From assembly GCA_030141605.1 (NCBI GenBank), contig JAQGDQ010000477.1, positions 1 to 64,000 of the forward strand: a stretch of DNA of 64,000 bases. The letters are read 5' to 3'. Each line of letters opens with the position of its first letter. Within the stretch, counting starts at the first letter, position 1. This document shows, one piece after another, positions 1 to 12,490 of this stretch. The translations under genes were made by a program, and so were the position numbers. The notes under the pieces were generated by a model that worked only from the letters and a program-made list of their open reading frames with translations, made no database searches and was not told the origin of the DNA. Origin of the DNA: Tubiluchus corallicola (taxonomy: Eukaryota > Animalia > Priapulida).

Positions 1-354
1 TGCAAAAGAATTTGGGCAAAGTGTAATTGCTGTAGTTACCGTATGTATGCAAACAAGAAGGCATATTATGTCATTCAGTGAGTCCAGTTTGCAAACAAAC
101 AAAACATTTTTAAATAGAGATAAATTTCGCCACCATTGCATGCTTGCTGCACTCCATCAGAGAGAGTGAGCTCAGCAAACATCTGTATCTCAGTTACGTA
201 CAGTTTGCACAAAAAACATCTGGCATTTATTGTATATTATCTGTATTCTGTTTACTGCACAGATCTGTCTTTCCTCCTTGCCTTTATCCCCTGGTCTCTC
301 CCTCCCTTCCCTCTCTCTCCCTCTGTCTCTGGCTCTCAGGTCTTTCTCTCTTTC

Positions 355-389
<35 letters not shown>

Positions 390-418
390 TCTCTCTCTTT
401 CAGGTTTCTCTCTGTGTG

Positions 419-490
<72 letters not shown>

Positions 491-505
491 TCTCCCTCCC
501 TCCCT

Positions 506-552
<47 letters not shown>

Positions 553-558
553 AGGTTT
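1..558 (+). repeat. Left arm of large inverted duplication (cut off by the window start)
   Basis: 1-~290 is the reverse complement of ~1935-2222 (tgcaaaagaatttgggcaaagtg... vs ...cactttgcccaaattcttttgca). The (CT)n compound tract that follows mirrors the (AG)n tract at 1656-1930. Confidence 0.95.
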
Positions 559-1649
559 CTCTCTGTGTGTGTCTCTCTTTCAGGTCTGTCTCTCTATCTC
601 TCTCTCTATACCTATCTCTCCCCCCTCTCTATCTCTACCTACCTATCTACCTACCGAAAGTTCGATTATAGCTCATACAGCAGTTTCTCATTCGAGTACT
701 TAGCATGAACTCAAAAGTTTAAGTACACAGTACAAACGTACGTGACATCTTGGCAGTACAGGTGGTGTAGATGGTTGTCAACAAATTATCACCTGCTTCA
801 TTCACCTCGTATTGATCTACGAAATCATATAAACTGATTATAATCTCAGTCGGCATTGCCTCAAAGCGCTTCCAATCAAGGAAAGCGAGCCATATTCGTA
901 CTATTGCTTGCATAATTTCCCTTAAGCTAACTACGTAAGCCTGTGAAATATCAGGTAAGGGCCCCCAGGTAGTTGCACATGCGCATTAGTCATGCGCCGG
1001 ATACTCTCAATTTCATCTGTAAGTTCTTTGGCACCTAACAGGATGTCGGACGATGATTGCTTTTGATTTACTTCTACATCATAGCAGCACCGGCCATAAC
1101 TTATCCGTGAACTGCTAAGTGTGTACAATTATCATTAAAGAACTTGTTTTGAAATAGCACCCTATTCCCTTCAATCGCCTTCTAATGTCAATGCCAACTA
1201 TTACGTACAGTAGCACGCGGGCAAGGAAGCATGTGGCTAGAAAATTAGACTACCTATAATAAAGCGTCATCTACATAAATTTTAGCGGAGCAGTTTTACT
1301 ATACGTACTAGATTACCAAAGCGGCGTCTTTTGCGCTGCACTTTATTTCACTCTGACCTGAGAGATTATTAGTGTTTTGTGTCTTGCATATTGGCTGTAT
1401 TGCCGTTCTAATGCTCTCGGAGCACTCCTGATTTTAATTTGCCTCACAGAAGTGTACAACGTGCAGTTTGTTCACAAACAACACTCGAGATGCCTTCGAA
1501 AAACAAAACAATATTGGCATGCAGTGTTTCACCCCGAAGAATGTAAAAGTATTTTACCAAGCACTCATGTTGACTGCCTATAAAGGACCATTGCGATTCC
1601 TTGCAGAATTTTATTCTCGGTCTAGGCCAGCCGGCAAGTAACACCCTGT

Positions 1650-1655
1650 AGAAAC

Positions 1656-1702
<47 letters not shown>

Positions 1703-1717
1703 AGGGAGGGAGGGAGA

Positions 1718-1797
<80 letters not shown>

Positions 1798-2222
1798 CAC
1801 ACAGAATGAAACCTGAAAGAGAGAGAGAGGGAGAGAGAGAGAGAGAGAGAGATGAGAGAAAGAGAGAAAGAAAGACCTGAAAGAGAGCCAGAGACAGAGG
1901 AGAGAGAGGGGAAGGGAGGGAGAACCAGGGGGGGGATAAAGGCAAGGAGGAAAGACAGATCTGTGCAGTAAACAGAATACAGATAATATACAATAAATGC
2001 CAGATGTTTTTTGTGCAAACTGTACGTAACTGAGATACAGATGTTTGCTGAGCTCACTCTCTCTGATGGAGTGCAGCAAGCATGCAATGGTGGCGAAATT
2101 TATCTCTATTTAAAAATGTTTTGTTTGTTTGCAAACTGGACTCACTGAATGACATAATATGCCTTCTTGTTTGCATACATACGGTAACTACAGCAATTAC
2201 ACTTTGCCCAAATTCTTTTGCA
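1650..2222 (-). repeat. Right arm of large inverted duplication
   Basis: Reverse complement of 1-558. Mirrored ORFs in the track (136..708+ vs 1611..2087-) share identical N-termini. Confidence 0.95.
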
Positions 2223-4323
2223 AGCATTAACCTTCTCTACGCATAAGACGGCATTAGCACGGCTATGCCTGCTTACAACAGCGCTCTATATCGGGGTTTT
2301 ATAAGAAAGCTGATGAGTAAACGCTCTTCAATTCAGATGATGGACAGATTTTCATTTGCTCATTTCAACATGTCATTCGCCACCCATAGTAATCGGATTA
2401 GAGAGGTGGATGTGTCCACATACGCGGGCAGAGAAATGTGCGAGTCAGTAAGTTCATGGACCGACAGGAGAGAAGACATTATTGAAATCATATATTTACT
2501 GGGAGGCATGAGTGCGTGGATGGGGCGGGGGCGTATGCGTGCCTCTGCTGGGTAAAGTACGTATAAGATGAGATATAATGTAGATTAAACCAATATGAAA
2601 TTATATAAACAAGATGACATCATTTTGTTTGTCTGGCACAGAAGATATATTTAGATTTGACGAGAATGAACAAACTAGGCAAGATTGCGTTCGTGGAAAC
2701 GCCAGGGAGCCAGAATCATATCTTGTTATACCAGTTATTCACTTGTAACGTAGGTGTTTAGGGTGGGAAATCAAAATCTTTTGCCAGTTAAAGTACATGC
2801 TATGCGTATTTGCACACGAATTATAATAACTTAATTATATTTGCTTATCGAAAAGATGTGTAATTTTTTGTAAAATCGTTATATACATTGCAAATTCGTA
2901 ACTAATTTTTCGAATTATTGCTCCTATATTTAGTTAATTAAAAAAGTCGCTAGTTCTGAGGTCATTATAAATAACTAAGTGCAGAATTGCATCAGAAAAT
3001 AGCAGGAAGGTGCAAAAAACACATATAAACATAATAAAGATGCAATATGACGAATAAAATATGCAGCAGGTACCATGATACCTTGCAGAGACGTTTACTT
3101 AGCTTAGAAACGCCAACCAATACGCTAACCTTGTGCATAAAAGAAAGTTTAGAAATTTTTGACGAATTATTTGTTGCGTGCTAATATAGTTGAAAAAGAT
3201 AGAACTGCTTGTAGTGTGTTATAATTTTGAATCATTTCCTGTTGTTTTCGTAGAAAATATTTTGCTTATAATTACTCTAGGTATATATGCTGTCTGTGCT
3301 GCTGCTGCAGCTGATCTTACTGATGTGTTATTAGTAAAATGATTACGTTAGTAATTATTACTATCTGTCCGAAAATAATACGCGGATAGCATGAAAATAT
3401 GGTGGATTTTTTCAGTTTAATATCTCTTGTTTACTAACTGTATCATGTCTTCTCACTACGAATTTTTCAGCGTAGTAAAATTACACGTAATACAGTCAGG
3501 TGATTCCAAGTTTCAACACAACAAATCTAACGCAAACAAAGTGGCATTTATTAGATTATCTCCATTACTTTTTTTCTTTCACTGTGTGGGACAGTCTAAC
3601 AAGCCCTGCTTTTTGATTGCCCGCAACACATTTACATTTGTATATAGGTGAACAGTCTGTGAGGCTTTTCTTGTTCAGAAACAATAAAAACTTATTTGTA
3701 TTATGTTCATTGTAGGCCCTTTCACTATATATTGTACATAAAACTATTTTAAATGCGTAATGTGAAATAAATGACTTATGACTTATTTATAGATTGTCTA
3801 CGATACTGTAAAGCTTCTACACCTCATCCTACATGTTTGAGAGCAAATCTTCTGAATAAGCCGTTCAAAAGCAGTGGAGATAAGATTGAAAATGAAAAAC
3901 ATTTGAAAGGGTTTTTCGCATATTTCAGCACAAGTTTCCGGTCTAGAATGTCTTTATCTTTGATTACACGGCTCTCTGTTAGGCCATTAAATGCAAGAAA
4001 ACATGCAGTAGGTTTTGTGTCGAGACGAGTAAATCAAAAGTCACCCTGGATTATCCAGTTCGCTACAGTAGTATATTATTTCTGTGTGTAAGCACATTAC
4101 TAACATCATATCCCATTAAAGTGATTTTTGTCGTATGAAAATATCTGCATGAATGCAAGTGAAATGACTCATCACAGTGTTAAGTCATTGTAAATCCGTT
4201 TACTTCTGTACCTGTTTCCTTATATAAGATTGTTTGTCTTTGTAATTATATACATTTGTTTTATTTAATTGTTATCTGTTTTGGTGCATACGTCATAAAA
4301 ATGATGACACATATATACATGTA

Positions 4324-5128
4324 CAGGTGGCGCAAAAAATGTGCCGAAGTTTTATTATAAAAAGCTGTACATAACAGAATCGCGTAAAATTTACCACACT
4401 CATGTGACAAACGTTTTTGTACAAGCACAAAAAATTTTAGGTCATTTTCTTAAATTCTTCCAAAGCTACAGAAGTTTTAAAACAACAAGTCAAAAAATAA
4501 ATGCCAGAAAAAACTTCGAGCCCTTTGTGCCACTATTGCTAAAATTTACAGCAAGTGCTCCTCGTGTCCATCATTTTCACTGCAAACTAGACGAAGGTAT
4601 TTCTTCCAACAACTAACACAGTTTGTCACTTCTTTAAAGTGTACATATTTGGTTCCAGCACTCGAGAATTTTTGCCTTTAGTAGCTCTGCATCAAACAGT
4701 TCTATGCAGCAGTTGCACACTTTCTTTTTAAGGGAATTCGAGCTGCCATAGTCCAGACAATTAGGTCCCGCTTTTATTGATAATGAATTTTTGTCAGTGT
4801 TTTATCTTTTGTGGCGAAGAATGTGATGTAAAATGGTTGATTTCATTTTTTCATTGTTCTACTGTCACGTATTAAGTGTTTTATACCTAAACGTGGATGT
4901 TTTTCAATGACTTGCTGACGTTGTTTCGGCATTTCACTTTTAACATGCAAAAGTTTTTCAGCCGTAATTTAAAAATTGCTTAAGCCACAAACATGTAACT
5001 TTCACAACGAACTAATGTAATGTAAAGTAACATCATGCCGTGAAATTTCAATTTTGTAGGGCAGTTACTTCTAATAGTATAATAGTATTGTAATCTAAAC
5101 TTCGGCACATTTTTTCTGCGCCGCCCCA
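4324..5128 (-). mobile_element. Internally deleted Tc1/mariner-superfamily DNA transposon
   Basis: Imperfect ~29-bp TIRs (caggtggcgcaaaaaatgtgccgaagttt / aaacttcggcacattttttctgcgccgcccca), flanked by TA at 4322-4323 and 5129-5130. Carries transposase remnants. Confidence 0.85.
4546..4768 (-). pseudogene. Frameshifted C-terminal remnant of a Tc1/mariner transposase
   Basis: Manual minus-strand translation: DL/CLDYGSSNSLKKKVC...LKAKILECWNQI/EVTNCVSCWKKYLRLVCSENDGHEEHLL*. This resembles the SPDLNPLDY..W motif and the terminal RL..V...GGH.EHLL* pattern of mariner/maT-type transposases. Confidence 0.75.
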
Positions 5129-5307
5129 TACACACATATACTTCGTTAATTAATAACAATGCATTTCAGTAAAAAGTAAACAGCAGATACTATAACTGTT
5201 AAGACATCATGCCATTGGGAAAAGCATTACTCACATACCGGATAACGGAAGTTGGTGTTGGTGGCGACCGTGTTGCCGCGTATCTCTCTAATGTCAATTT
5301 TCAGTCA

Positions 5308-5780
5308 CGTGTTGGTCTGCAGATAGGGCTAGGCCTAATTAAACCATAGTGGTCACGTGTTGGTCTGCAGATAGGGCTAGGCCTAATTAAACCATAGTGG
5401 TCCGTGTTGGTCTGCAGATAGGGCTAGGCCTAATTAAACCATAGTGGTCACGTGTTGGTCTGCAGATAGGGCTAGGCCTAATTAAACCATAGTGGTCCGT
5501 GTTGGTCTGCAGATAGGGCTAGGCCTAATTAAACCATAGTGGTCCGTGTTGGTCTGCAGATAGGGCTAGGCCTAATTAAACCATAGTGGTCCGTGTTGGT
5601 CTGCAGATAGGGCTAGGCCTAATTAAACCATAGTGGTCCGTGTTGGTCTGCAGATAGGGCTAGGCCTAATTAAACCATAGTGGTCCGTGTTCGTCTGCAG
5701 AAAGGGCTAGGCCTAATTAAACCATAGTGGTCCGTGTTGGTCTGCAGAAAGGGCTAGGCCTAATTAAACCATAGTGGTCC
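5308..5780. repeat. 47-48-bp minisatellite, ~10 near-identical copies
   Basis: Unit cgtgttggtctgcagatagggctaggcctaattaaaccatagtggtc(a). Confidence 0.97.
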
Positions 5781-6103
5781 TACTCGTTAACCACGCACGC
5801 TTACTAGTTTAAGTGGAACGTACCTCAACTCAAGATGTGACGCAGAAGTATGGAAGATTAATGATATATTTTTTGAAAGCTCAACATATTTAAGGAAAAC
5901 TGAAATAATTAGAACCAGTTTCTGCCCACAGCTAAACCAATTATTTCTTAATTAATGCTAATTAAAGTGACGTAATGTTGCAAGTGGACGCGCCTGTTCT
6001 AATGCTTAGCATATGCATGAAGCTCAAACCAAACTCATACACATCTAATAACTAAAGATAATTGCTAGCAGCTAGAACGGCTTTACATTGTATACTACCT
6101 TAA

Positions 6104-6563
6104 CTCTTTCAGTCCCAAATTAGTTTTTAATAAGAAAAATTTTTTTGGCTTGGTACTTTTGTTCAGTATGTCCATCTTGCTTACACATAATAATTACTTT
6201 TTTCTACCTGTGCCGGCGTGCTAAATATAGCCTGTATCCCACGGGATACATTGGGATTCAATGGAAGCATAAAATGTGCTTCATTTTGCAACTGCTGATA
6301 ATTTTTTAAAGTATTTAAGACATTTAGTATGCATGCTATGCTGATCTGTACAAAGTCGTCTGTAAAGTACTGTACCTTGCGCAGTTTTTTTATGCTACGT
6401 AGATTTTCTAGTTTGCCATTTTATCACCATTTTTAGTCTATTGTTATTGGCTTAAATCAAAATAACTATTAACAGATCCAATAACTGTCAGTTTTAAAAT
6501 TTTATTAATTTTAAAGGCAGAAAATATTCTCATATTCCACGGGATACAACGGGCATGAAAGGG
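6104..6563 (+). mobile_element. piggyBac-type MITE, copy 1 (460 bp)
   Basis: TTAA at 6100-6103 and 6564-6567. Ends c(t)ctttca...tgaaaggg. Internal palindromes gtatcccacgggatac. Highly similar to 9162-9621 and 22506-22965. Confidence 0.92.
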
Positions 6564-6567
6564 TTAA

Positions 6568-7535
6568 AGGAAATGCCAAGTCAGGAATTTTGGCTCATTT
6601 CAATCTTCGTGAAAATTTCAGAAGGATTTAGTAATAAAGTGTGATAAGCGCCTAGAGTAATTAGTAAAATTACTTTAAAGTCGTCATCAGTTTACGCTTG
6701 AGTGTTCCCATTTTGAGCGCCCATTCTTCCACCAATGACGTCACTCGTCGGCTGAGAAAGACAGCGCTATCAGTTTCCGGCAAAAATATAACAAGTTTCT
6801 ACAAAAACTTAGATAGCTAATTCTGTGATATTTTTGCGTGGACATTAGGTAAGCTACAGAAGTTTTAATTAGTTTAAGAAGTGCACGCTCATGGAAAGCC
6901 GCAATGCGCTGCATGAAGTCCACCAGTTACGTCATAATGAATGGCGGCTACAACTGCAGGGGCGGATGCAGGTTTCAGAACAACGGTGGGCCCAACAAAA
7001 AGCAGTTAGAGGGTCTGGGGGCGGTGTAAGCTCCCCAGCCGAGATCCACCCCGACGACAATACATTTTACTGCATTTTAGACCACTTTTCTGCCTTCTAG
7101 AAGCCATTTCCTCAAGGAAACTGACCAGTTTAGAACACGTGTCACTTGACCTTTGACTCAAAATTACATACCAATATATTAATATACACTGTATAGCATA
7201 CATGGTCTACATAACTTTTATCTGTTTTCTTGTGATACACGATTTTTACAGATATAAGGTACCTTTAGGATTTATCAAATTGTTCTAATGCTTGTAATTC
7301 AAAGAAAATATTAATTTGGTGTGTTGTAACTGTTACCGTGAATGGGAGGGTGCAGGCGCTTTGGGCTCACCCCCTAAATCCGCCAATGAACTGCGCCTGA
7401 AAATTTCTGTACAGCTATAGTATAAATTAACTTCATGCCTCATAAGTCACCTTTGCAAATTTCTTTTCATATTTTTCTAAGTTAAAGAGATAACAGTGAA
7501 ATAAACCCAACATACTAAGTGACTTGTCTTTGCCT
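6568..7535. mobile_element. Kolobok-like non-autonomous TIR element hosting a nested insertion
   Basis: Left end ttaa|aggaaatgccaagtca and right end tgacttgtctttgcct|ataa are imperfect inverted repeats. Purine-purine termini beside TTAA are typical of Kolobok. Right TSD is mutated. Confidence 0.55.
6957..7388. mobile_element. MITE with CAGGGGCGGAT-type TIRs and a 5-bp TSD (hAT5-like, tentative)
   Basis: Starts caggggcggatgcagg and ends cctaaatccgccaatg. AACTG lies directly on both sides (6952-6956, 7389-7393). Confidence 0.75.
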
Positions 7536-8299
7536 ATAATATTTTGTATGAATATTTTTCCAACGAGCGTCTTCGCCAAGAGTGGAAGCTGGAGGGTGAT
7601 GAAGAGTTGTGCTAATCTAATTCGGCAAATTATAATGAAGTAATTTGAATAATAATGTGTCTAATGCAGAATAACTGACTAAGGTTAAAAAACCGAACTT
7701 GTATAAGGTAAAGGTAAAAAGTTGATAACTGAAAATACCAGGTGTATGTTGACCCTGTAGAACAATGTGTATACGCTCGATTGAAACTTCTGAACGAAGC
7801 TTATCAATATTGTAAAGTCCAAATTAAAATTGTGTTGATAATCCAGAGTCGAATGTGTTATATGAAACTGGTTTGACCAGCTGCTCGCCTTTCTGAAGCA
7901 TATTCTGTTATGCACACATGTCAAAGACTGGCGAATTGGAAAATCTAATCTAAAGCTTCGCTGTAAGTTGTCCGTCAAGCGGCAACAGCTGTTTTTCATC
8001 GAGGATGCGGCAGCGGCGGCTATGATGCTGGTTCGTTTTGCGACATCATTAATTTATGCTAGATTGCCGTTTGCCGCTTGCGATCTTGCTATTTTATCAG
8101 ATGTGAATATGGCTTAAATTGATTTGGATAGTTTTTCCATAAATTTGGGTAAAACAATAATGTGAGTATAGATTCAGTACGTGAATATACGTCAAGCTAA
8201 TACACTGGAAACGGCAATTACTGATTAAATGAGTCAGTAAGCCAGTGTCTACGGATGACTCGATTTTTTTTATTTTACCAGGTGCAACTTATAGACGTA

Positions 8300-8572
8300 T
8301 TTGAAAGGGAAGAAAAGGCAATTTAGAGTATTTCTCAAAAAACTTTCCATACAAAGTTATATTACTTGGCATTACACTTACTTGTTTGAAAAGCAACTAG
8401 AAAAACAATTTCTCGGTGATTTAAAATGTTCGCGTCACGTGGTAAAACGTCGCTGACTCACCTTCCCAGTGTGCACCACTGATTCACTAAAAACTCTTGT
8501 TGACAAGATAAAGTTATTCAAACTTTTGTTTAGTTAGTGAAAGTGTGTTACGTGTGGTTTCGTTATTTTTTT
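8300..8572 (-). mobile_element. Fragment of dispersed Kolobok-like family A
   Basis: Reverse complement aligns with 27620-27860 and 54020-54190 around the shared core gtgaatcagtggtgcacactggga. Confidence 0.65.
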
Positions 8573-9048
8573 GGCTACGTTAAGGCTACGTTAAGGCTAC
8601 GTTAAGGCTGCGTTAAGGCTACGTTAAGGCTGCGTTAAGGCTACGTTAAGGCTACGTTAAGGCTGCGTTAAGGCTACGTTAAGGCTGCGTTAAGGCTACG
8701 TTAAGGCTGCGTTAAGGTTGCGTTAAGGCTGTGTTAAGGCTGAGTTAAGGCTACGTTAAGGCTACGTTAAGGCTGTGTTAAGGCTGCGTTAAGGCTACGT
8801 TAAGGCTGCGTTAAGGCTGTGGTAAGGCTGCGTTAAGGCCACGATAAGGCTACGTTAAGGCTACGTTAAGACTACGTTAAGGCTACATTAAGACTACGTT
8901 AAGGCTGCGTTAAGGCTACGATAAGGCTACGTTAAGGCTGCGTTAAGGCTACGATAAGGCTACGTTAAGGCTGCGTTAAGGCTACGTTAAGGCTACGTTA
9001 AGGCTACGTTAAGGCTACGTTAAGGCTACGGTTAAGGCTACGTTAAGG
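8573..9048. repeat. 11-bp minisatellite, ~43 copies
   Basis: Unit ggct(a/g)cgttaa. Confidence 0.97.
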
Positions 9049-9063
9049 TTTAATGAAGTTTAA

Positions 9064-9161
9064 TGCACGTTCAAGTTTAATGAAGCCAGATGAAGCCGGG
9101 TATCGTTGATGTTGCGCAACGGGTCACCTACGCGGGGTTTCATCACGTTTTAATTACTTAA
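9064..9161 (+). repeat. ~98-bp dispersed repeat ending in TTAA, copy 1
   Basis: tgcacgttcaagtttaatgaagccagatgaagcc...taattacttaa, also present at 18280-18377 with a few substitutions. Confidence 0.9.
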
Positions 9162-9621
9162 CCCTTTCATACCCGTTGTATCCCGTGGGATACGAGAATA
9201 TTTTCTGCCTTTAAAATTAATAAAATTTTAAACCTGACAGTTATTTGATCTGTTAATAGTTATTTTGATTTAAACTAATACCAATAGACTAAAATGGTGA
9301 TAAAATGGCAAACTAGAAAACCTACATAGCATAAAAAACTGCGCAAGGTACAGTACTTTACAGACGACTTTGTACAGATCAGCATAGCGTGCATACTAAA
9401 TGTCTTAAATACTTTAAAAAATTATCAGCAGTTGTAAAATGAAGCACATTTTATGCTTCCATTGAATCCCTATGTATCCCGTGGGATGCAGGCTATACTT
9501 ACCACGCGGGCACAGGTAGAAAAAAATAATTATTATGTGTAAACAAGATGGGCATATTGAACAAAAGAACCAAGCCAAAAAAAATGTTTCTTATTAAAAA
9601 AATAATTTGGGACTGAAAGGG
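9162..9621 (-). mobile_element. piggyBac-type MITE, copy 2 (inverted relative to copies 1 and 3)
   Basis: ttaa|ccctttca...tgaaaggg|ttaa with TSDs at 9158-9161 and 9622-9625. Reverse complement of copy 1. Confidence 0.94.
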
Positions 9622-9759
9622 TTAAAACAAAAGTAACTACGTAGCATTTCCATGTAGCATGATTTTATAGCACAAACTTAATCATCACGTTAAATAGGAA
9701 ACGTGAATAAACAAAGGCACTTCATCCACGCAGTGGAGCAAATATGCATTATTTTTGGA

Positions 9760-10535
9760 AATTCAAATTCATTAGTTTAAACATAATTGATTATAGGATT
9801 GGATCAGACAGTTTAAAAAACATGATTTAGAGTCCTCAACATATACACTACTTACAAAAACATTCACAGTAAGAATTGACTATACACGCTGACAAGTTTT
9901 ACTACAAGATTACATTGGATATTAGTGCCAAATGACAGTTAAAAATATTAATGCACGAATATTTCAGACTGACGCATCTCATGTCAGATAGAAACTACTG
10001 GAAGCGCTTAGTACGAAATATAAAGTCAGGTTTGCATTGGAATATTTTACAGTTAGCAACATAGTTAAATTCATCTTTTCCGAATAATAACTTGAACAGA
10101 TCATTAGTTCCTAAGGCAGCTATATTAAGGTTTTCAGAAGTATTTCGTTTAGTTTATCAAACAAAACAACCCTAGCTTGTTGATACAATGGGCAGTGCAA
10201 CAAAAAGTGTTCAACAGACTCAAATCAAAATACACAATTACAATTCGGCAATACTGGACGACAGTGCTTATTTTTACAGCCTTTAGAGAAAAGGTCAAAG
10301 GTCATAGTTTAGCTGAGAAAATGCGATTCTCATGCGCGTATGATGCACAGAAGTTGAGGGTTTACCAGATGAAAAATGCTGCTTACGTAATGAAAAACTT
10401 AAATGTGTTTTGACCTCTTGTTTGAAGTGTGAAATGGATGTAATTTCAAGAATGTTCTGTGGTAAGTTATTCCACATCTTAATAGTCGATGTGAAAAACG
10501 ATTTTTCACAGCTTACAGAACGGTAATTAAAATTC
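9760..10535 (-). mobile_element. Degraded 3' fragment of a CR1/L2-group non-LTR retrotransposon
   Basis: Minus-strand remnants WNNLPQNILEITSISHFK...HTRMRIAFSQLNYDL and PNCNC...ESVEHFLLHCP, typical of the post-RT C-terminus with a CCHC-type motif. Homologous to 53142-53726. Confidence 0.8.
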
Positions 10536-10764
10536 TGTATTTAGTGCCAATGCGCACATAACAATCAAATTCATTATATATTTAGATATTTATTTATTAG
10601 TGTCAAAAATACATACATAGATACATACAATTTCAATTTTGAAATATAATAATAATTATTATTATAATTCTTTCTTTTTAAAAACTATGTACAGAATACA
10701 TTCCCTCTATTTGTAAGGATATGTTTAAAATTCCTAAAAGCATTTACAACGTATTAAACCTATT

Positions 10765-10802
<38 letters not shown>

Positions 10803-11729
10803 AGAATCCAACGCATGAAACACATTGAACGACAACGATCATATACAATAGACATAGTTATAAATTATAATCCAACACTACATACATACGTAGTAAAAGA
10901 TAACGAACATATTTTAATACTTAGTAACAAAAACGTACACACATTATACACAATGAAAAACAGCGAGTACAATTATAATAAACATTGTACTCGCTGTTTG
11001 TTAAATGATTAATAATGACACTATATACAAACAAAACAATTACTTCTAATAATAAACAATAAACTAATATACAATAAACAAACAACAACAAGCCGCACGG
11101 ACAATTATGCCAAATCGAATAAACGTGGAAGCAAACGAAAGGCTTTGAACGAGCACCATTCACGTTTACACGCGCAGAGACCCATGCAGTGTCATCTGAC
11201 CTATTCCAGTATCCAGGGTATTTGAGAAAAGGCTTAAGCTAGAGGAGTGAATTGAACCGACTTGGCGCTAGGATAAATTCACCGCTCTCCGCGGAGGAGG
11301 TCCACTGATGCTTGGGATAATACCCCCGGTGCGTGAATGCCTAATTCTTGTAACTGCGTCCCAAACATGGAACACAAAACGGCGGGAAAGTTTGGGCAAA
11401 ACTTTTAACAATCGGTAAATAGCACAGAATTGTTATTATGTCCTACGTATGTTTGTGGAAATGCGTTCGTTTAAGCTGCGTCCCCTAACGGGCTTTCATG
11501 TTACGAGTGCCGCATTGCCCTAACTGCGTAATCTCGAAAATAGGGCACATGCTTCAAAAGAGATCCCGGTTATGAAACGTGTAACAGTTTTAGTATAGTA
11601 TATAATTATATTCTTTATTTTGACTTTTTAAAACATTGACATCATCATCCAGGAATTAAAGACAGAGAGAAACTATTAGTGCAATGAGAAATTCAAGATA
11701 ATAAAATATAAACTATGTGACATCTACAT

Positions 11730-12490
<761 letters not shown>

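Noticed and set aside
719-1128. Two short minus-strand ORFs in the IR spacer as a captured gene
   Set aside because: No recognisable motif, different frames, and stops between them.
841-1660. miR-216-like (taatctcag, 841) and miR-10-like (accctgtagaa, 1643) starts
   Set aside because: Similarity is limited to the 5' part and I see no complementary hairpin arm.
136-2087. Mirrored 120-210-aa Ser/Leu-rich ORFs
   Set aside because: They are translations of (CT)n in the inverted-duplication arms and are open in several frames at once.
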